From Sminthopsis crassicaudata (Eukaryota), in NCBI RefSeq assembly GCF_048593235.1, contig NC_133618.1:498623675-498687674 (forward strand): a stretch of 64,000 nt of DNA, read 5' to 3'. The translations under genes and the position numbers were made by a program. The notes under the pieces were generated by a model. It made no database searches. It had not been told where the DNA came from and saw nothing but the letters and a program-made list of their open reading frames with translations. This document shows positions 48,201-64,000 of the stretch, in pieces. How positions within the stretch are numbered: position 1 is the first letter of the stretch; every line of letters starts with the position of its first letter.

Positions 48201-51200
48201 AGGAAGATGAAAGCTGGGAAACAATTTTTACAGTCAGTGTTTCACATAAAAATCTCATTTTTAAAATATGGAAAACTGAGTCAAATTTATAAGAATATAA
48301 GTAATTCCCTAATTGATAGTCAAAGGATATGAACAGACACTTTCCAGATGAAATTAAAACTAACTATAATCACATGAAAAAATCCTCTAAATCACTACTG
48401 ACTAAATAATGCAAATTAAAATAACTTTGAGGTACCACCTCATAATCTAGCTAGATTGGCAAATATGACAGGAAAAGATAACAAATACTGGAGGGAATAT
48501 AGGAAAATTGATACATTGTTGGTGGAGTTGTGAATTAATCTAGCCATTCTGGAGACTAATTTGAAACTATGCCCAAAGGACTATAAAACTGTGTATATCC
48601 TTTGATTCAGCAGTGCCTCTATTACTGGGTCTGTTTCTTAAAGAGATCATAAAAGAGGGAAAAGGACCCGCATGTGCAAAAATGTTTGTAGCAGCTCTTT
48701 TTGTAGCAAGGAACTAGAAACTGAGTGCATGCCCATCAGTTGAAGAATGGCTGAATTAGTTATGGTATATGACGGTTATGGAATATTATTGTTCTATAAG
48801 AAATGATCAGCAGGATGATTTCAGAGAGGCTTGGAGAGACTTACATGAACTGATACAAAGTGAAGTGAGTAGAACCAGGAGACCAATGTTCACCATAATA
48901 AAAAGACTGTGTGATGATCAACTATGATAAACTTAGGTCTTCTCAGCAATACAGTGATCCAAGACAGTTCTAATAGACTTGGGGTAGAAAATGTCATCTG
49001 CATCCAGAGAAAGAACTATGGAGGCTGAATGTGGATGGAAGCATAGCATTTTCACCTTTTGTTTTGCTTTTTTTCCCCTTTCTCATCAAAATGTTTTTTC
49101 ATTTAAAAAAAGTTCTGTTTTTTTTCTTTCCCAATGTGACCAATATGGAAATATGTTAACAAATGATTGTACATGTATAACTTATATCAGATTGCTTGCT
49201 ATCTTGGGCTTGTGGGTTAAAGGAGAGAGGGAGAAAAAAACATTTTGAACTCAAATTTCACAAAAATAAATGTTTAAAACTATTTTTATATGTAATTAGA
49301 AAAAATAAAATACCATTAACATAAAACAAAAACCAATATTATCTCTTGATGTTCATCTTCATAAATTCTCTCCTCTTAGCAAACTAGTCTAGAGTCCCCC
49401 AAACATAATGTACAGTGATCCTCCATACTTTCAGGATCCAATTTCCCCTCCAGCTTTAGCCTTAAATAACCTCTTTTCTAAATTTATACCCTAGGTTAAT
49501 ATTCTTCTTTCTATGAACCCTTCCTAACACACAGTGACCTCTCCCTCCCTGCTCTGAACTTCATCAGGGCCTCTCTGTTCTATTCAATGGACTGCAATGA
49601 ATCCCACACACCCAGTGCTGTCTTGCAATATCTTTTTCGGTATTACTTAACTCATCATGTAAATACACATGCAGGTGATGAGTAAGTAAATATGAATAAA
49701 TGAATGAATAAATGAATGACTTTAAGATTCTTAAGGGCAGGGACTATGTCTTCTGTTCTTTTGTAGTCCTTACAATACCAAACACCTGGCCTTTCACACT
49801 ACAGGTATTTAATAAATGTTAATGAATTAATTCTCTCCCTCACTCTTCTTCTCCCCACCAGAAGCTGGATGAATTCCTTTCTTTCAGATTCCAGGTGTGG
49901 GTGAGAGGCTATGAGACCCATTCAAGTGCTATAGCCTGAAGTACCAAGTTCAGGCCTTGGGGAAGAAAAATAATAAGCCCTTACCTTTGAACCTTCATAC
50001 TTTACAAGGAATTTCACAATCCAAAACCTTTGCAGATTTTCATAACAGACATATGAAGTTCAGTAAAACAGGAATTATGATCCCCACCCATTTTACAAAT
50101 GAAGAAACTAACACTCATTAAATGATTCACTGGAGATCACTTAGCTAATCACTAGAGCTACACACCCATAGCAGGTACCTTGGTGAGATGGGCATTGTAG
50201 ATGTCTGTGAGCAGCTTGTTGCCATGTCCCACTCCGAGCACTAAAAAATACCAATTTGACAGTTCAGTTACAGAGCTCCCTAGACCCTTCAAGCCTAGGA
50301 GTTTCAACCATCAGAATCACTGTCCAGTAGATGCCTAAGCTATCATACCAATGGTTCTTGCTCCGATCCTGCCTTGATTTTCAGCCCTGTTTTCTTAACT
50401 ATTGTCCTGTCCTATCACAGAAGGGTAATAAGCATATAAGATTCTGGCCTAAAATTTTTCTGGACAAATTCTGGCCTCAGTTTCTTGATCTGGTTGAAGG
50501 AGAAAATTCTCCTAATTTCTCATGTAGAGTGAAGAAAAAGGACAGCAAGGGAGAGGAAGAAAAATTTGGAACACAAGGTTTTACAAAGGTGAATATTGAA
50601 AATTATATTTGCATGTATTTGAAAAAATAAAATATTAATTAAAAAAAAAACACAGCAAAACGAGATTATGTCTGTCCAGCCTGAATCTAAATGGGGACTG
50701 GGGGGTTGGGAGAAATACAAGAAAAAAATACAAAGGACTGACTGTGACTGGACCCATCTAGAGGATGTGGTCACTGACTCCTCGGCCACAAACAGCACTG
50801 AGGCAGCTGCCAGTTGGCTCTCATCCCTCTGAACTAGGACACTGTGCTTTCTGATGACAGATACATCCAAGTGCCTACCAACAGGACCAGAACCACATGC
50901 TCATACATCCTAAATGTGATCATGTATTTCCTGATTCTTGGCCCTAGGACAAATCCAAAAGTTTTAACTACCCTCACTGGCCTATAACTTCTACCCTTAC
51001 ATATCAAAGACCTGGGTCAAGAGAGGGTCAGGAAAAGGAATTAGAATAGCAGAGCAAGCAACAAGGAATGACTGTAGGAAAGATTCTAAGAGCAACTTCT
51101 TTTGGCCTTGACACAAAATTTCACGCTCCTTTCATGGGGGTTGGGAGGGACAGTTACATTCTCTTTTATCCTTCCCCTCCTCCTTCAGGCAGTTATCTCT

Positions 51201-54200
51201 TGTTAATCCCACCCTCCAAGAAGCCATCCTCCTCTCCCACACATCCCAAGGCATGCCAGCTCTGCCTACCAAGCACTCCAGATGACTTGACATCCAGTCG
51301 GTGCCCAACGCCCACCTTCACACTGGTGTATTTTGGCCCTCTCACTGGAAAGAAATGAGATATGTGAAGTTCCTGCATTAATGTAACAGTAGCATTTTGG
51401 GGGCCCCAGGAAAAAAAAAAAAAAGAACTCTTTAGAAATCAATGAGAATTCTAGAAATAGGACTGACTTTGAGATAGGGGTGGGGTGGTATAAGATTTTC
51501 CTCCAATTTTTCAGTCAACTTCAGTGAGTGACTGGTTTTCAAGATTTATTTGTTTGAAATATTTTGCTCCAAAAAAATTCAAACCAGAACCAGTTCTGGA
51601 TTATAAATCCCATTAGTATTGGTCATGAAAAGTCCATTTTCTTCTCCCTGAAGATGTAATCATTTCATTGAGCCCAGGATGAAACTGAACTATGACTGCT
51701 TCTAAGCACAAATAGGAAAGAAAAAATATACTCAAAAGAATTTTCCTTGTGCACAAAAGGTTCCCAGACTAACTCTGGCCTCAGAGTAAATACTCCTATT
51801 AAATGATGGCATAAACCCTGTCATTTATCCCCATGATTGCAAGGTTTGTCCCCATGATTGCAAGGTTCTGAGAAGAATGAAAATAGGAAGTCAGGGCACC
51901 AAGTTCCATGTCCAGACCCACCTTAATAAGTGTCCCTGAATGTACCCTCCAGGGCAATTGAGTTTTTCAGCAGAGAAATGATAAAGCAGCATGCAATGCT
52001 TATACGTCTAATCAGAATTGGCAAGCTACTGCCCTGCCTGTTTCTACATGATTAAAAATGATTTTATAATTTAAAAATGACTATATTTAGCTCATAGGCC
52101 ATACAAAAACAGGTAGTGGACCAAATTTGCCTGCAGACAGTAGTTTGCCAACCACTTTTCTAGAGGATGAGGAGAACACTGTAGAAGTAGCCAGCAGGCC
52201 CAGAATAAATGACTTGACATCATCAGGATTTTCCTATACATTTATTTTGCTTATTTCCTATTTACTTATCTTGGGGCAGCAAAGAGATAGATCAACAGAT
52301 TCAAAGTTGTTATAAGATCTCAGTTCAAATACTAAACTTCACCATTTACTTTTGGCATAACCTAACAGTAAGTCACTTTTATATCTCTGGGTATCCGTTT
52401 CTTAACCTATAAACCAAGGATACATCTAAAATCCCCTGTAGCTATAAATCTGAGAATTTGCCTCTTCCTTATCCCACAATCCTTGGCAATTATCCTCTGA
52501 CAACTTATTCCATTATTCTAGTTTTGGATAATGATATAGTATTCCTGAAACCATGTATACACTATAAATTTATAGTATTTAATCTCAATTGAGCCATTAA
52601 TACAACTCTCTTTAACCTTTCATTTCTCCCTACCTGTTCTGATCTTGCTGGATATAAACATATCAAATCTTCCCCATCCTTAAGAAATATTCACCAGATC
52701 CTACCATATGTACATATAGCATGTATAAGCATACATATACATGTTGTCTCTTCCATTAGAACAAGGGCTCTTGACCTGAGGTCCATAGATACCCAAGGGT
52801 TCTATGGAGAGATTTTAGGGGATCCATGAACTTGAATGGGAAAAAAGTACAAATTAATTTTAATATAATTATTTCCTTTGTGATCCCATTTTATGCATTT
52901 AAAAACCCATTCTGAACTAAGAGCTCCTTGTACGTAGTAACGGCAAGTTTATGTGATGATCAGCTATGATAGACTTAGCTCTTTTCAGCAGTGCCTTGAT
53001 CCAGGACAATTCCAATAGTGTAAGGATGTAAAATGCCATCCACAACCAGAGGGAGCACTATGAAGACTGAATGTGGATTGCAGTATAGTGTTTTTGCCTT
53101 TTTTTTTTTTTTCTCATGTTTTTTCTCTTTTGGTTTTTCTTACACAACACAACAAATATGGAAATGTTTAGAAGGATTGTACATGTTAAACCTATATCAG
53201 ATTGCTTGCTGCCTGGGGAGGAGGATAGTGGGGGAAGGAGATCGAAAAAATTTGAAACATAAAATTTTATAGAATTGAATGTGGAAAACAAAATAAGACT
53301 GAGAAAATCTCCAAAAACAAAAACCTCTTCTGAGATGTGTTCTATCAGTTTCACTAGATACCAAAGGAGTCCAAGGCACAAAAAAGATTAAGAATTGCCT
53401 TAGGAGCAAGTTCCTTGAGGGCAGAAACTTTTATTTTTAAAAATTATTTTCACCAATAACTGTTATAGTCTTTATATGTATAATTGCTACACGGTTTGTC
53501 TTTTTAATGGGTGATGGATGGGTGAAGGATGAAGGAGGGCATTAACTTGTAATTCAAAAGTTTTTTTAAAAACAAATAATTAAAAATCCATGCCTCTTCC
53601 CCCCCCCCAAAAAAAAAATCATACCCATGGTTTCTTGGTAGGCATTTAAATACTTGTTGCTTAGCATTGAATGACATCCCCAGCCTGCTTTATGGAGGTG
53701 ATGCCTTTAACGATCCCAAAAACATCTTACCTAATGAGTGTTCAGAAAGGGCTGGAACACTTTTGGCTATGAGGGTTAGTTCTCCCCCTTCACTTCCTTC
53801 CTTGGGGGCAACCAGGAATCTGATGTGCTCTTGAGGGGTATATTGTTTATTTGAGTTAAGACCTGCAAGATGAAGAGATAATATGGAGCAATAGAGGAAA
53901 ATTAAAAGGTAACATAGTTTGGATATTAGTAACTACTTCTGGGTCTGGAGCTATTCTTCTAACCTTGCCCAAGACACTTCTAATATCAGATACCCGTTTT
54001 CCTGGTAAAATGAGGGAAATGGAATTGAGATGACCTTTAAGAGATCAGCAGTCTAATTCAGAGACCAAGAACAGTTCTCACTGGCAGAAGCCAGAGGGTC
54101 ATAAACAACTTAAGTGTCCAGGAGCCAGACTGGTAACCTTGGAGTCCAAAGCCTTAATTCGGAATCCTCCATTGGACACTTCCTAGGTACAAGTCACTTA

Positions 54201-55667
54201 ATCTCTACCTTCCAGTTTCCTCATCGGCATTAAGAGGATAACAGTAGCTACTTCCCGGGTTGTTGTCAGAACTATATGAGATCTATGTAAAGTGACTTGC
54301 AGACTTTAAACAGCTTATATAAATGTTAGTTCTAAGGGAAAAAGCATGAAAAAACCCCTGTGGAATGGTTTCCTAGTCTCTAAAAGAGGGGATGGGGAGA
54401 TTGGTTTATCAGATGTCTGCTAGTCTACAATTCTAAAATCTAGGGCCCTGGGGAGGAGGCAATAAGGGAAATCTTGCTTGAGGAGAGGAGAGGGCCCTGG
54501 TAGGGGGGGGAAAGAAAGGAAACCAGGAAATTATAGACAGATTATACTATTAAGAGTTTCCTATTTAGATGAACTCATATGTACAAGCTATATTAGATTA
54601 CTTGCTGTCTGGGGTAAAAGACACAAGAAAAATTTGAAACACAAGGTTTTGCAAGGGTTAATGTTGAAAACTATCTTTGCATGTATTTTGAAAAATAAAA
54701 AGCTATTATTATTATTACTTTAAAGAATTTACTATATGGCAGGCATAAAACATGCTTATTGTAATGAGAAAGAGCAGGCTACCATAAATAAATCCAAGGA
54801 GGAGGGTCCAAGTCAGGTGGAGAGGGTGGGCTAAGGAGAATGCTAAAAGAGGACAGGGAGGGGTGGCTAGGTGGCGCAGTGGATAGAGCACCAGCCCTGA
54901 AGTCAGGAGGACCTGAGTTCAAATCTGATCTCAGACACTTCCTAGCTGTATGACCCTGGGCAAGTCACTTAACTCCAATTGCCTCCCCCCCACACCCAAA
55001 GGAAAAAAAAAAGTATGTAGGAGATCATCTAGACCAGGGTTTCTGAAACTTTTCCCACTTTCAACCCTTTTTCACTCAAATTTTTTTTTAAAGTACCCTG
55101 GACATATAAGTATACAAATTAAACATTTACTGATACTTAATCATAAAGAAATTTGTTTTAATTCTTTGGTATACATGTTTATTTTTACATAAAGAATTAA
55201 ATCTTGAAATAACATTTACTTTTACTATTTTTTACTATTGCTTTTTACTATTTTTAATTTTTTAAAATTTTACTATTTTATTATTTCTTTTACTATTTTC
55301 ACTATTGCCAAATTTTTTGTGACCCCCACATTCAGTTACGTGACATCATATGGGGATCACGAACCACATTTAAACTGCTCGTTTTTAGAGATGACGAAAC
55401 AAAAAGAGGGGAGTGACTTATCCAAGATCACACAGCAAGTCTGACAGAGTGGGCTCTTATTAAGTGCTGGAAGCACGAAGTTAGTGCATAGAACCGGCCA
55501 TGGAGAAGAGGAAGGGAACCAGGGAGGAGTACAAGGGCCAGGGAACGAGGCTGTTCACCCTTCAGGAGCTTAAATTCCACAGTGTCCCGCAGATGTTTCC
55601 AGTTCAATCCAGGTGGCTTGTAGACCGCGAAGAGTCCATTAAGACGACTGCATTGCAAGGACTCCAT
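42010..55667 (-). CDS. TRUB2: Mitochondrial pseudouridine synthase TRUB2, whole gene, 8 coding exons, 313 aa
   Basis: Exons of 109+132+75+62+82+73+137+272 = 942 nt in phase; TruB motifs GLFAVYKPPG and GVGHRLD (catalytic Asp). Confidence 0.96.
42768..42904 (-). CDS. TRUB2: TRUB2 exon 7
   Basis: YSNLDLKTQEAYEMAVKGLIRPMDKSPMLITGIRCLEFAPPEFLL. Confidence 0.96.
43331..43475 (+). mobile_element. WSINE1-like CORE-SINE
   Basis: SINE head, CORE and A tail; imperfect TSD (aaa)aatagatt after a ttt/aaaa site. Confidence 0.85.
43870..44720 (-). mobile_element. Degenerate L2 fragments
   Basis: Reverse L2 motifs ttggcaactaatttgatgt and ttgggagccaattgtgtagaagtgatc; boundaries approximate. Confidence 0.5.
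45999..46071 (-). CDS. TRUB2: TRUB2 exon 6
   Basis: HVTPEKLSRILAVIQGSHQKAMV. Confidence 0.95.
47224..47271 (+). repeat. 48-bp direct repeat (copy of the TRUB2 exon 5 upstream intron, 47564-47611)
   Basis: 47/48 identical. Confidence 0.92.
47470..47551 (-). CDS. TRUB2: TRUB2 exon 5
   Basis: DYTVRGLLGKATDDFSDEGRLIEKTTY. Confidence 0.96.
48001..49310 (+). mobile_element. L1 ORF2 3' part plus 3' UTR, degenerate
   Basis: MDNFNYIKLKRFCINK...WETIF peptide, L1 3' UTR and A-rich end; a separate reverse L1 3' end abuts at ~47870-48000. Confidence 0.8.
50179..50240 (-). CDS. TRUB2: TRUB2 exon 4
   Basis: LGVGHGNKLLTDIYNAHLTK. Confidence 0.95.
51270..51344 (-). CDS. TRUB2: TRUB2 exon 3
   Basis: RGPKYTSVKVGVGHRLDVKSSGVL. 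Confidence 0.95.
52940..53285 (+). mobile_element. L1 3' UTR fragment
   Basis: gatcagctatgatagacttagctc...atcagattgcttgctg...aaatttgaaac. Confidence 0.65.
53731..53862 (-). CDS. TRUB2: TRUB2 exon 2
   Basis: LNSNKQYTPQEHIRFLVAPKEGSEGGELTLIAKSVPALSEHSL; 132 nt, phase 1/1. Confidence 0.92.
54861..55012 (+). mobile_element. WSINE1-like CORE-SINE
   Basis: SINE head, CORE and A tail. Confidence 0.85.
55559..55667 (-). CDS. TRUB2: TRUB2 exon 1, coding part
   Basis: MESLQCSRLNGLFAVYKPPGLNWKHLRDTVEFKLLK|gtgaac. Confidence 0.95.
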
Positions 55668-56059
55668 GCTTACTTTCTCTGGAAAACAACGGAAGTGACG
55701 TAACCAGTGTCCAGGAAATGCGGCCCTTCGCTGGGCGCCGCCATACTATTAGGCCGGAAATGGTACTTTCTTACTGTCCCAGAGAGAAACATTACTCAGG
55801 CCGAGAATAGGACCGCTTCAATCTGGAGATAACATCCATTTCCAGCAAGGATTGCCCCTTCTCTCTAGGTTTATGATAGTAGAATAAGAGAGAAAGGTGA
55901 CTATCTCTCAAGGATAGGGAGAGGTCCAAGAAGAGCTGGGAAAACAAATAGCTGGGAGCTGACGAGTGCGATCGCACTACTTTTGGCCTCCGCGCGGCTC
56001 CGTCGCAGCTGGTTAGGAAGTGGATTATTTTGCTCTTCCTTCCTAGTGGAGCCGCTACC

Positions 56060-63933
<7,874 letters not shown>

Positions 63934-64000
63934 GTAAGTTCCTTTGTGGCCTCTTGGGTGGGTGTCCAAGCAGGAAAAAGAGCTGGGGGGCAAAAAAGCA

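Overview
Eukaryotic genomic DNA, almost certainly marsupial and probably dasyurid (inferred from WSINE1-like CORE-SINEs, marsupial L1 3' ends and an OC1-like hAT MITE). It is syntenic with human 9q34.11. Gene order: 3' end of DNM1 (+, two alternative C-terminal exons), complete GOLGA2/GM130 (-, 27 coding exons), complete SWI5 (+, 5 coding exons), complete TRUB2 (-, 8 coding exons), and the 5' five coding exons of COQ4 (+; the last exon lies beyond the window). GOLGA2/SWI5 and TRUB2/COQ4 are head-to-head pairs on CpG islands. All exon boundaries were read by hand from GT-AG sites and frame continuity; most ORFs in the six-frame track are spurious. There are two N gaps. I found no RNA genes, no CRISPR array and no evidence of a wholly new multi-gene system. 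The most notable observations are: an apparent CUG (non-AUG) start for SWI5, a COQ4 first exon lacking the intron present in human, a 1-nt homopolymer frameshift between the two GOLGA2 start codons, a near-perfect hairpin inside a GOLGA2 cassette exon, a duplicated TRUB2 3' splice region, and a 72-bp near-identical direct repeat. Comparisons with human or mouse proteins come from recalled sequences, not database searches.
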